A stretch of 64,000 nt of DNA from Escherichia coli (GTDB lineage Bacteria; Pseudomonadota; Gammaproteobacteria; Enterobacterales; Enterobacteriaceae), in NCBI RefSeq assembly GCF_011045215.1, contig NZ_CP049201.1; one strand, given 5' to 3'. A model generated the notes under the pieces. That model did not search any database and had not been told where the DNA came from. It saw only the letters and a program-made list of their open reading frames with translations. Of the stretch, positions 1 through 8,817 are shown one piece after another (position 1 is the first letter of the stretch; each line of letters begins with the position of its first letter). Made by a program: the position numbers and the translations under genes.

Positions 1-1037
1 ATACGGGCAATTTTTATTTTGATGAATTTTTCTGGGTCAGTCGCTTTGCTGAACTGCGCAAGGTGGCTGGCGCTATGGCAACCCTCAGCGGACTGCGGCG
101 CACCTACTTCTCCACGCCATCCACCGAAACGCACGAGGCATACGCCTACTGGAACGGCGACCGCTGGAACGAGAAAAAGGCCTCGCATAAACGCCAGCGT
201 TTTTCTGTGGACTGGAAAACGCTGCATAACGGGCTTATCTGCCCTGACCGGACGTGGCGGCAAATTGTCACGCTGGAAGATGTGGTTAATCACGGCTGGA
301 AACACACCGATATTGACGAAATCCGTGATGAAAACACCGAAGACGAGTTCCTCAATCTCTATATGTGTGAGTTTGTTCGCGAAGGGGAATCGGCATTTAA
401 CCTGAATATCCTGATTGGCTGCGGTGTTGACGGATACGACGACTGGAAAGACTGGAAACCTTTTGCTCCCCGCCCGATGGGGAATCGTCCGGTATGGATT
501 GGGTATGACGCAAACGGCAGCAGTGGCAACGGCGACAGCGGCGCTGTGTCCGTGGTGGTTCCTCCGGCTGTTCCTGGTGGCCGTTTTCGAACGGTGGAGA
601 CGCGACGCGTTCAGGGGCTGGAGTTTGAAGAACAGGCCAGAGTCATTGAAGAGTTCACGTATCGCTACAACGTGGAACACATCGGCATTGATGTGACGGG
701 CGGGAACGGGGAGGCTGTTTATCAGATAGTGAAACGGTTTTTCCCTGCTGCTATTCCGTACACCTTCACGCTGTCATCAAAACGGTCGCTGGTACTGAAA
801 ATGCTGCAAATAATGCGTGCCGGGCGGTGGGAATACGATCGCGCCGAACGCGAGCTGGTCGCGGCCTTTAACGCCGTGCGTAAGGTGAAAACACCGGGCG
901 GCTTTATCACTTACGAAACGGACCGCGCGAGGGGGATCAGCCACGGCGACCTTGCGTGGGCAACCATGCTTGCTGTCATTAACGAACCGATTGGCGGCGA
1001 AGGAGAAAACGAGCGTTTCACGGTTATGGAGTTCTGA
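1..1037 (+). CDS. Phage terminase ATPase (large) subunit, P2 gpP-like; 5' end truncated by the window edge
   Basis: The frame is open from base 3 with no stop, so the listed GTG at 63 is not the true start. It is followed, with a 1-nt ATGA overlap, by the portal gene as in the P2 PQ operon. Codon usage is typical coding. Confidence 0.7.
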   Translation, partial: TGNFYFDEFFWVSRFAELRKVAGAMATLSGLRRTYFSTPSTETHEAYAYWNGDRWNEKKASHKRQRFSVDWKTLHNGLICPDRTWRQIVTLEDVVNHGWKHTDIDEIRDENTEDEFLNLYMCEFVREGESAFNLNILIGCGVDGYDDWKDWKPFAPRPMGNRPVWIGYDANGSSGNGDSGAVSVVVPPAVPGGRFRTVETRRVQGLEFEEQARVIEEFTYRYNVEHIGIDVTGGNGEAVYQIVKRFFPAAIPYTFTLSSKRSLVLKMLQIMRAGRWEYDRAERELVAAFNAVRKVKTPGGFITYETDRARGISHGDLAWATMLAVINEPIGGEGENERFTVMEF

Positions 1038-2083
1038 TGAGCAGAAAAAATAAAAAAGTGCGCATGAGTTCACGCATTGATCTCGCTGATGCGCTCAGGA
1101 AAGAATCATCGCTCAGTGCATTCACATTTGATGGTCCTTATCGCCTGACCGGGCATGACCTGCTGGACAATATGTACTGTGCTGATAACGGGCGGTGGTA
1201 TGAAACCCCGGTGGACTGGTACGGTCTGGCAAGAGCTGCCCGGCAAACGTCCTGGCATCAGTCTGCGCTTTACTTTAAGCGCAATGTATTACTCGGTTGC
1301 TACATCCCGCACCCGCTGCTTTCCCGGCAGGATTTCTCGGCGCTGGCGCTGGACTGGTTTGTGTTCGGTAACGCATTCCTTGAGCTTCGGAGCAATATGC
1401 TCGGCGAACCACTTAAATTACGGCACGCACTGGCGAAATACATGCGACGCGGAAGCGATCTTGAATCATGGTGGTATGTGCAGGATGGCAAGGACGCGTT
1501 TCAGTTTCGCCCTGGCAAAGTGTGCCACCTGATGAATCCGGACATTAACCAGGAAATTTACGGCATGCCGGAATATCTTGGAGCATTACTCTCGGCCAGC
1601 CTGTCTCATTCGGCGGACATGTTCAGAAAACTGTATTACGACAACGGATCCCACGCCGGGTGCATCATCTACATCGGTGCAGCGCAGGTAAACCGCGAAA
1701 GCATGGACTCCCTGAAAGAAACGTTACAGGGTGCGCGTGGTGGTGGTGCGTTTAAAAACGTGCTCATCCACGCGCCCAACGGGGGCAAAGAGGGGGTGCA
1801 AATTTTGCCGTTCCAGCAGATCACCGCAAAGGATGAGTTCATGAATGTTAAGGCGGCATCCCGTGATGATGTGCTGGCTGCGCACCGCGTTCCGCCGCAA
1901 CTGATGGGGGCGATGCCGGGCGAAAAAAGTGCGTTTGGTGATGTGGAGAAGGCCGCGCGGGTTTACGCAATTAACGAGCTGATGCCCGTCATGGAGGCTA
2001 TGAAGCACATCAATGACTGGCTTGGCGAAGAGGTGATCCGCTTTAACCCTTACGCACTGCTGGACACCCAGCCCACATCCTGA
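1037..2083 (+). CDS. Phage portal (capsid portal vertex) protein, P2 gpQ-like
   Basis: 348 aa ORF, the size of P2 Q (~344 aa), immediately downstream of the terminase gene with an ATGA overlap. It is the last gene before the cos-proximal non-coding region. Confidence 0.7.
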   Translation: MSRKNKKVRMSSRIDLADALRKESSLSAFTFDGPYRLTGHDLLDNMYCADNGRWYETPVDWYGLARAARQTSWHQSALYFKRNVLLGCYIPHPLLSRQDFSALALDWFVFGNAFLELRSNMLGEPLKLRHALAKYMRRGSDLESWWYVQDGKDAFQFRPGKVCHLMNPDINQEIYGMPEYLGALLSASLSHSADMFRKLYYDNGSHAGCIIYIGAAQVNRESMDSLKETLQGARGGGAFKNVLIHAPNGGKEGVQILPFQQITAKDEFMNVKAASRDDVLAAHRVPPQLMGAMPGEKSAFGDVEKAARVYAINELMPVMEAMKHINDWLGEEVIRFNPYALLDTQPTS

Positions 2084-2110
2084 CGCGCTTCGCTTGTCTG
2101 CTGCTTCGCC

Positions 2111-2133
2111 GGGGCATAAAAAATTTATGCCCC
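2111..2133 (+). other. Perfect 10-bp-stem hairpin (ggggcataaa/tttatgcccc) 28 bp after the portal stop; possible PQ-operon 3' structure
   Basis: Inverted repeat read directly from the sequence. There is no downstream T-run, so it is not called an intrinsic terminator. Confidence 0.4.
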
Positions 2134-2688
2134 GACTCTCCAGCTCTTGTATCAATCAGATAATTTCACGACGCTTTCCTGCTTATTGCCATCATCGACA
2201 GTCAGACTCTTACGCAATCCCACCGCGTTGACTGCATGTTCTCGCCGTCTCAGTGCGATTTTGACGGCCTTACCTTTCACCCCATCAAATCAAAAGCCCT
2301 CACGTCTTTTTCACGCTCAGCGTGAGAAATACAGCCATTCTGTTGTGTCGCTGCGACATCGTTCAGGGGATGCTATTTACCCCCTGAAACGCGGGCTGTT
2401 CCCCCGTCACCTGCGCGCAGAAAAAACGCGTTTTTTTGTGCACGCACGGTTCCCTGACGGATCCAGCCGCCACGCGGGTCGGAAGGGCAAAAAGTCGTTC
2501 AAAAAAATTGTGCAAATTTGTGCACTTTTGTGCAGGTAAGCATGCCCATATATTTGACCGTAGCTTGCCTTTGATGTAGTTTATGCGTCACAAAAACCAC
2601 AAAACGTGGTTATGATTTCTATGAGGGGGTTGATATGAAAAAAATGTATGATGAATTTGATGGTTTCTAAGCTACGTTGACCTCTAAT

Positions 2689-2717
2689 GAGGCGGGGATT
2701 TGCTCCCCGCCTTTTTT
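2689..2717 (+). terminator. Rho-independent terminator immediately upstream of the low-GC cassette
   Basis: GGCGGGGA-tttgc-TCCCCGCC stem-loop (8-bp GC-rich stem) followed by TTTTTT. Confidence 0.8.
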
Positions 2718-2731
2718 ATGGATGAAATAGG

Positions 2732-3229
2732 ATGAACCCAATAACACTACAAATCATCAGCAATGCTATTGTTCTGCTTGGCGTTTTGGTTGCCATTGGA
2801 ACCATTATCTACAATGTGCGTACCGCAAAAAAAACTCAAACGGCCAACTTTCTTTTTGAGAGTCGGCAAGATATGCAATATATAGAGTCATTGCATACCC
2901 TGAAACAAGTGCATCGTTCAGGCAAATCATTTCGTTCTTATGTTTTTCCTTGTGATGGTTGTACAATAACAGATGAGGAAATGGCCGAGCGTCGAAAATT
3001 TCAATATATTTTAAATTTTTACGAGCGAGTTGCTGTAAGTATTCGTGAAGGTATTTATGATGAAAAAATGATAAAAAGAACATCTTACACAACAGTTGTA
3101 GAGACATATGATATTGCCGAGCCATTAATTAAAGCAATCAGAGAAAGCATTAATTCGGATACTACATATCAAGAATTCGAATGGTTAGTAAGAAGATGGA
3201 AAGCTAATCCTTTACGGAAAAACAAATAA
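2732..3229 (+). CDS. Hypothetical single-pass membrane protein (165 aa), first gene of a low-GC cargo cassette; candidate defence/exclusion component
   Basis: ORF with an N-terminal hydrophobic helix (ITLQIISNAIVLLGVLVAIGTIIY) followed by a charged soluble domain. GC content is visibly lower than the flanking phage genes. No motif recognised. Confidence 0.7.
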   Translation: MNPITLQIISNAIVLLGVLVAIGTIIYNVRTAKKTQTANFLFESRQDMQYIESLHTLKQVHRSGKSFRSYVFPCDGCTITDEEMAERRKFQYILNFYERVAVSIREGIYDEKMIKRTSYTTVVETYDIAEPLIKAIRESINSDTTYQEFEWLVRRWKANPLRKNK

Positions 3230-3268
3230 TGTTTTACCCTTTAATTTACAAGTAACACAGGGGGAAGT

Positions 3269-4111
3269 GTGACACAGAATCCGTTTTCATTTTATGACTT
3301 TTTGGGCTATCTAATTCCAGGTGGGTTATTCCTGTTTATCCTTTTTTTGTTTTCTATTGAAATTAACCCTGTTTATATAGAAGGTATTCTTAACCACATC
3401 CTGAAATATAAAGAAATAATAAGTGTATTTATATATGTGGTATTAATTGTTCTATCATATATTTCAGGTCACTTCATATCTATTCTATCATCCTGTTTAA
3501 TTGAAAAATACATGAACAGTAAACTTGGGTATCCTTCAATTTATCTGTTTTCTAAAAGAAGCTCCCTGAAAATAAAACGACATAATACTAAGTTCAGTAT
3601 AGTTCATTTTATCCGTGGAGTTTTTTTACTTCCTGTATCAGCTTTTGATAAAGCAGAACATCATAAAACCACTCTGCATTCTATACTTATTAAAGTCTTT
3701 TGGCCGCAAATACGAGATGGTTATATAAATGTTTTTTCTGTATCTACGCTATATCGACGTAAGGGCTTGAGGGGCGATCTTTTTCGCCTTGCTTATCATT
3801 ATGTGTATGAACATTCTAAAAATCATCAGGTGAAAATGCAAAACTATGTTGCTTTGTATGGTTTTTGTAGAAACATTACATTTGTTTTTCTCGCTTCAGT
3901 CTGGTTGCTTATATGCCTGTTCCCTCTATCCTTTTTAATAGATATAAATATCAGGTTGTTACCTTTTTGTTTTCTTCTCTTGTTTTGTATTGCTGCATCC
4001 CGAGTATTTTATTATGGTTTTGTTAAGTATTATCGCCGCTATTCTCTTGAGGTTTTAATGGCATTTGCGGTACTTCAGCACGATAAAAAAACTTCGGCAA
4101 TTCCATCATGA
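3269..4111 (+). CDS. Hypothetical four-pass membrane protein (280 aa), second gene of the low-GC cargo cassette; candidate defence/exclusion component
   Basis: GTG start 6 nt after an AGGGGGA Shine-Dalgarno, 39 bp downstream of the previous gene. Four predicted hydrophobic helices (two N-terminal, two C-terminal) flank a ~110 aa basic central region. Low GC. Confidence 0.7.
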   Translation: MTQNPFSFYDFLGYLIPGGLFLFILFLFSIEINPVYIEGILNHILKYKEIISVFIYVVLIVLSYISGHFISILSSCLIEKYMNSKLGYPSIYLFSKRSSLKIKRHNTKFSIVHFIRGVFLLPVSAFDKAEHHKTTLHSILIKVFWPQIRDGYINVFSVSTLYRRKGLRGDLFRLAYHYVYEHSKNHQVKMQNYVALYGFCRNITFVFLASVWLLICLFPLSFLIDINIRLLPFCFLLLFCIAASRVFYYGFVKYYRRYSLEVLMAFAVLQHDKKTSAIPS

Positions 4112-4121
4112 TTTGAAACAT

Positions 4122-4146
4122 TGGCACCCTGTTAGCAAGGGTGCCA
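4122..4146. terminator. Hairpin between the convergent cassette gene and parR-like gene; possible bidirectional terminator
   Basis: tggcaccc-N9-gggtgcca 8-bp stem. The flanks are T/A-rich but lack a clean U-tract. Confidence 0.4.
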
Positions 4147-4194
4147 GAATGATGTGTTGGTATGTATTTTATTAGTTCAAATACAATTGTCAGA

Positions 4195-4509
4195 TTATTC
4201 TGGGAATAAGGTCTGAATATTCTTTTTTATTTTATAAAAATTGCATTCAACTCCGCTAGGCTGATTAGCCTGGTATGTTTCCTTGATGCTAACGGTATTG
4301 AAGGGGAGGTTGTCCTCTGGCCATTCGGCCATCCAGTAGGCAAATGCTGGGTTGCGCTTTATGAGTGCTAGCCCAGCCAGAAAGGCCGCGCGTTGCGCGC
4401 GGCTGCGTTCGGAGGCTGGCAGGCTATCGAGGTAATTGCACGCCTCCTGTTCACTCTTGACGGCGGCGGGCTTCAGATAGAAACTTATCCGTCTGGTTGG
4501 TGTCGTCAT
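4195..4509 (-). CDS. parR: ParR-like partition adaptor / centromere-binding protein
   Basis: 104 aa ORF directly downstream of the parM-like gene. The segment ISFYLKPAAVKSEQEACNYLDSLPASERSRAQRAAFLAGLALIKRNP resembles the plasmid R1 ParR N-terminal ribbon-helix-helix region, as recalled from memory. Confidence 0.7.
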   Translation of the reverse strand: MTTPTRRISFYLKPAAVKSEQEACNYLDSLPASERSRAQRAAFLAGLALIKRNPAFAYWMAEWPEDNLPFNTVSIKETYQANQPSGVECNFYKIKKNIQTLFPE

Positions 4510-4513
4510 TGGT

Positions 4514-5473
4514 TTACTCCTTGTTCATTGCGTACAGTCCATTAACCAGAGCAAACTGTGGCACCCCGTCCGCGATGAAAGTCGCATTAACTCCGCAGGC
4601 TTCGCGGATAGCGGGTGCCACAATCTCCGCCCCGCCACCGACAACCATCACCCGCCCGTAACCCGAAAAAACCGCCAGCGCGCGGATCACGCGTTGTTTC
4701 AGTGTTTCTTCCTTTTCACGAATAACCGCCATCAGGCTGGCGTAATGCGCGTCATTGTGGATGTGCTGGCGCAGCCAGGCTTCATCATGGCGATGTTCGA
4801 TAATGGTATTGGCGATGTGGTGACTGGTGCGCATACCGTTAGTGGCCATCACCGACAGTACGGCATCGGCCATCAGAGAAACGCCTACGTGTGGATCGCA
4901 AAACACCTGGCTGATACCTGCCAGTTGCCCCTGGACCTTTGCCACATCCAGCGTGGTTCCGCCCAAATCCACAATCAGCAGGGATTCAAACGGACTCATG
5001 TCAGCCAGTGCCTTAAAGCCAGCCGGAATGGATTCAGGCATAACCCGTACGTTACGGATAGTGAATGCTTCGCCGTTCTGGTACTCCACCGGGCGCATGA
5101 CGTTCGCTTTTTTGCGGTTGATGTTGGCCATGTCCGGCTGTGCGTTTGTGTCGAAATATTCGCTCAGTGGCAGGGTGACAACCACATCCACTTCCTGTGG
5201 TGTGATGCCTGATTTGACCAGCGCGTGATGAATGGCAATGACATTCACATCGCTGTACTGGTATTGCGTGTCGGTCGTCTGGACAAAGCGATCGCTGACC
5301 GGATCAAAACCATAGCGCACGCCATCAACCATGTAGTTCGCGGGCTGCGTGCCACCGAACGGCGCAGACCATTCCGACTTGAAGCTGTTCGGGCTGATGG
5401 CGTTGCGGCGTTCGCCGTTCTCAGTCCATGCCAGCTTGATGTTGGTGGAGCCGTCATCGATACAAATTTTCAT
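4514..5473 (-). CDS. parM: ParM/StbA-like actin-type segregation ATPase
   Basis: 319 aa. The N-terminus MKICIDDGSTNIKLAW and motifs LIVDLGGTTLD and VMVVGGGAEI resemble R1 ParM (actin-fold phosphate and adenosine motifs). An AAGGAAAAG Shine-Dalgarno lies upstream. Confidence 0.85.
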   Translation of the reverse strand: MKICIDDGSTNIKLAWTENGERRNAISPNSFKSEWSAPFGGTQPANYMVDGVRYGFDPVSDRFVQTTDTQYQYSDVNVIAIHHALVKSGITPQEVDVVVTLPLSEYFDTNAQPDMANINRKKANVMRPVEYQNGEAFTIRNVRVMPESIPAGFKALADMSPFESLLIVDLGGTTLDVAKVQGQLAGISQVFCDPHVGVSLMADAVLSVMATNGMRTSHHIANTIIEHRHDEAWLRQHIHNDAHYASLMAVIREKEETLKQRVIRALAVFSGYGRVMVVGGGAEIVAPAIREACGVNATFIADGVPQFALVNGLYAMNKE

Positions 5474-5507
5474 GTCGCTTTTCCTTATGTTGATTAATTA
5501 ATCGTTT

Positions 5508-5613
5508 GCGGGATTCTGAAATCCCGTTTTTGCCTGTTTTATGCGCGCTTCATATATCGCGGCGCGTTTTTTGCTCATTTACGGGATTTGTGAATCCCGT
5601 TTCTGTCTGTTTT
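5508..5613. repeat. Two ~33-bp direct repeats, each containing a gggatt-N5-aatccc inverted repeat, upstream of parM; candidate parC-like centromere/promoter or plus-strand terminator hairpins
   Basis: Repeat 1 at 5508-5540 (gcgggattctgaaatcccgtttttgcctgtttt) and repeat 2 at 5581-5613 (acgggatttgtgaatcccgtttctgtctgtttt). Repeat 2 overlaps the 3' end of the gpA-like gene. Confidence 0.5.
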
Positions 5614-8373
5614 TTTGTTTCCACTGGTCAGGCTACCCTGCAGCAGGTCTGCTTTGCGGCGGGCGCGTTCAGTGGTTTCACTGATTCTCTGTGCGTGCTC
5701 TGCGTCACAAATGGCGCGCAGCATGTCAGAAAGCACGGTAACGGGTGTTTTCATGGTGTTCTGGACCTGCTGAAGTGTGGATGCCAGGCGTGCGGCGGCT
5801 TCGGGGTCTGATGCCCCGAGCTGTGCCAGATAGCTGGCGACCGGGTTATGGCGGATCTCCGTGCTGCTTACGCCGTGATTACGGCTCAGGCGCTGCCAGA
5901 GCTGCGTGATTCGGCTGTCCGGGCGGGTATCCGGTTTACGTACAATTTCAAATCCCTGCGGTGAAATGATGCTGCCGTCAACGTACAGACTGCCGCCCCG
6001 TAACAGGTGCTGCATCTGCTGTTCACCGATATGCAGGCCGAGAGATTCAGCAGACTCCCGCCATTCTTTAGCGAGTAACTCGTGGTTATCAGGCAAAGGC
6101 CGCGGCTGTTTGCGGCTCTGTGTCCAGCTCTGCATTTCATCGCTGCTGTTTTTTGCCTGTTTGTCACGAAGCGAACGCATCAGCGCCCGGCGTTCGTGCC
6201 GTTTCAGTGAGCGCATCCATTCATTCACTTCAACGCCGTCAGGAAGCTGCGGCCACGGTGCTGGCCGTTCTTCCGACTGTTCTGTCCCGCTGTTGCCTGT
6301 TTCCTGTACACGGGGACAGTTATTGCCACGAGTCCAAGGGGCGGCAGGGCCGCCCTGAAGGTCAAAACCATTTTCGCGGGCGCTGTCTTCCGCTTCCGGT
6401 TTACGTCTTACCAGCTTCCAGTTATCCGGATGCGTGCACACACGGGAGGATTCCCCGATGAGTGGTGACCAGATCCCGTAAATCTGTACGCTCTGTTCGC
6501 CGTAATCGTTCAGCTCATCTGCGAGGTCGTAGGCGGTGCGAATCAGGTAGTCTTTACGTGGAACAAGTACGCCACCCTGTTTCTCAATGTAGGTGGCAAA
6601 ACATCCGGCATCAGCGGCAGCAAGAACCGCATCCATTGCGTCATCCTTCAGCCGTTGCGGGCCTTCCGGGTTGCGTGCCATCTGGCTGGCAAGGCGGCGG
6701 AGTTCACGCCACACCTGACGGGAGGGAATGCCAAAGAACTGGAACTGGCGGACCCGGTGAAGGCGCGCCCAGCCGATGGCGCGCTCCACGCTCTCGGCCA
6801 TTGATTTACCTGTTTCGTGGTCAACGCGTGGCTTGCCCGTTTTCGGGTCGATGCCATCCACGGCACGGCTGTCCAGGTTTTTCCCAATGTAGGTGGCGAT
6901 GTAGCTGGTCGGTGTGCCTTTTGAGCCGTCGACGTACTCCGCCTTAAAGCGTGGGGTAATATCATCACCCAGCTCGTGACGATCTTCCTGAATGGCAATA
7001 TCGCGGGTGTGGGACACAATGGTGTCGATTTCTTCCGGATGAGCAAAGACCATCATATGCCAGTGCACGGTGCCGTCATGGTGAGGCTCCACCGTGCGGA
7101 TGCCATACCAGCGCAGGCCGTCGCGGTTCAGTTTCTTGCGGACCGCCGCAAAAAACGTGTTAACCAGGTAATCGCTGGAGTCGCGCATGGTGGCCCCGTT
7201 CCATTTGGGATTCGGATGACCGTTCTCCGTTGTTGCGTGGTATTTTGACGGGCAGGTGACAGTCAGAAACACCGCTCTGTCGCCACGGGCTTCGGCCAGA
7301 AGTTCCAGCCCCTTCATGGTGGCCATCATTTCTGCCTTACGGTGAACCGGGTTACTTACTCCCGCGTAATACACTGTCTCGAGATCAATCGTGAACCCGT
7401 CTTCATTTTCCAGCATGAAACTTTTCAGGAAATCGCGTGTTTTCTCGCGCTGTGCGCGAAACTCGCTTAACGCGTCCTGGCTCAGATATGGTGATGTTTT
7501 TCTGGAAACCAGACAGGCGGCGCGGAGTTGTTCTTCTCTCCACTCGCAACGTAACAGCCACAGTTTGCGTTTCCACCATTCCGCACAGGTCAGGCGAAGG
7601 ATTGCGCCCGGCAGCAGCTCCGTGTCCGGTTCGTTCCTCCGGTCTTTGTCTGTCGTCAGTGCGTCATAATGTGGAGGCATGGCGTGCAGGTGTAACGCCA
7701 TGCGGGCCAGCATCTGATACGCCTTCAGCGTTACATCCATGGTCAGTTCACCATCAGTCGCGCCAAAGCCATCGCAGAGTTTTTCGAAGGTGCTGCTGAA
7801 CATCGCCGCCGTCATGGTGGCCAGCGTCTGTATCTGGTGTTTGTTGAGCTGCGGCAGGTAAAGCAAATCGTCCAGGCGTTCGCGTCCGGCAAGGGAGCGA
7901 TAACCCGGTGTCAGCCAGCGTCCGTCAGTGCGATCCAGACGTTCGAATATTTTGCGCAGGGTTCCGCGTGCATAGCGTTCCGCCTGCCAGCTCTTTTTGC
8001 CTTTCCTGCGATCGGCTTCCTGTTTTTTGCGCAGGAAGGAGAGGTGGCGAATAAGCGGATCGCGCAGATAGGACGGCAGCAGGCGCAGCGAGGCCATGGC
8101 TTCATCCACCGCGCCGCGTGCCTGTTTTCTGGCGTCTCCTGCCAGTGTGATGGTTTTGTCCTGTTTTTCCTGTGCGTCCAGGCTTTTATTAATCAGGTTG
8201 CCCAGCGGCGTGGCGGAGAACGCCGCATCAGCCATTTCCTGGCGGCGCTCGTTCTCTGCCCGGTAGGCATCCAGCCAGGAGGAAAGCGCGGATTCAGGAG
8301 CGGGGATCCCCGTTCCTTCACGCCCCACTGCGTGGCGCGGTTGTTGCCAGTCCCTGATGTACTCTGCCGTCAT
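5575..8373 (-). CDS. Phage replication initiation protein, P2 gpA family (HUH rolling-circle endonuclease)
   Basis: 932 aa ORF containing a TVHWHMMVF motif of the HUH type. Its position after the early-operon genes matches gene A of P2/186. Confidence 0.85.
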   Translation of the reverse strand: MTAEYIRDWQQPRHAVGREGTGIPAPESALSSWLDAYRAENERRQEMADAAFSATPLGNLINKSLDAQEKQDKTITLAGDARKQARGAVDEAMASLRLLPSYLRDPLIRHLSFLRKKQEADRRKGKKSWQAERYARGTLRKIFERLDRTDGRWLTPGYRSLAGRERLDDLLYLPQLNKHQIQTLATMTAAMFSSTFEKLCDGFGATDGELTMDVTLKAYQMLARMALHLHAMPPHYDALTTDKDRRNEPDTELLPGAILRLTCAEWWKRKLWLLRCEWREEQLRAACLVSRKTSPYLSQDALSEFRAQREKTRDFLKSFMLENEDGFTIDLETVYYAGVSNPVHRKAEMMATMKGLELLAEARGDRAVFLTVTCPSKYHATTENGHPNPKWNGATMRDSSDYLVNTFFAAVRKKLNRDGLRWYGIRTVEPHHDGTVHWHMMVFAHPEEIDTIVSHTRDIAIQEDRHELGDDITPRFKAEYVDGSKGTPTSYIATYIGKNLDSRAVDGIDPKTGKPRVDHETGKSMAESVERAIGWARLHRVRQFQFFGIPSRQVWRELRRLASQMARNPEGPQRLKDDAMDAVLAAADAGCFATYIEKQGGVLVPRKDYLIRTAYDLADELNDYGEQSVQIYGIWSPLIGESSRVCTHPDNWKLVRRKPEAEDSARENGFDLQGGPAAPWTRGNNCPRVQETGNSGTEQSEERPAPWPQLPDGVEVNEWMRSLKRHERRALMRSLRDKQAKNSSDEMQSWTQSRKQPRPLPDNHELLAKEWRESAESLGLHIGEQQMQHLLRGGSLYVDGSIISPQGFEIVRKPDTRPDSRITQLWQRLSRNHGVSSTEIRHNPVASYLAQLGASDPEAAARLASTLQQVQNTMKTPVTVLSDMLRAICDAEHAQRISETTERARRKADLLQGSLTSGNKKTDRNGIHKSRK

Positions 8374-8379
8374 AGTGAT

Positions 8380-8745
8380 TTACTTCGTCATGCCATTCAG
8401 GGTGTCGCGGCAGACTGTAGCCAGCCGCTGAATTTCCAGCACGGTGTCTTCTGTGTCGGCATGGCGATGTGTGATGCGGATGCTGTCGGCAATCACATCG
8501 ACGATTGCAGAGGATGGGCGCTGGTAAATGCCAATAACGGACGGGGTGCCACCTTCAATGCGGTAAAGCCTGTAATTTCCCTCGTGGCTGTCAATCATGT
8601 AGCGACCATCAATAACAATCTTTCCGTCAGCGAGCTGCGGTACAGGCAGAGATTTCAGGTACATGTCATAACGATCACGCACGCGAGCGGCAAGATCACG
8701 TTCTGTGTTGAGCAGGTATTCAAGAAAGTCGTTGGCGAGAATCAT
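8380..8745 (-). CDS. Hypothetical phage early-operon protein (121 aa)
   Basis: ORF immediately upstream of the gpA-like gene on the same strand with tight spacing. No motif recognised. Confidence 0.55.
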   Translation of the reverse strand: MILANDFLEYLLNTERDLAARVRDRYDMYLKSLPVPQLADGKIVIDGRYMIDSHEGNYRLYRIEGGTPSVIGIYQRPSSAIVDVIADSIRITHRHADTEDTVLEIQRLATVCRDTLNGMTK

Positions 8746-8817
8746 TGCGGCAATCCTCTTGTTACAGATGTGCGAAGGCCTCCCGCCGCAAGGTGCAGGA
8801 AAGGCCCGGAACAGGAA

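Noticed and set aside
19-405. 128-aa ORF at the window start
   Set aside because: Alternative frame of the terminase gene; the terminase frame is open from base 3 and continues into a phage-typical protein.
2147-2539. 130-aa plus-strand ORF in the cos-proximal region
   Set aside because: No Shine-Dalgarno, Ser/Arg/Leu-rich composition, and it spans palindromes and repeats typical of a DNA-level element.
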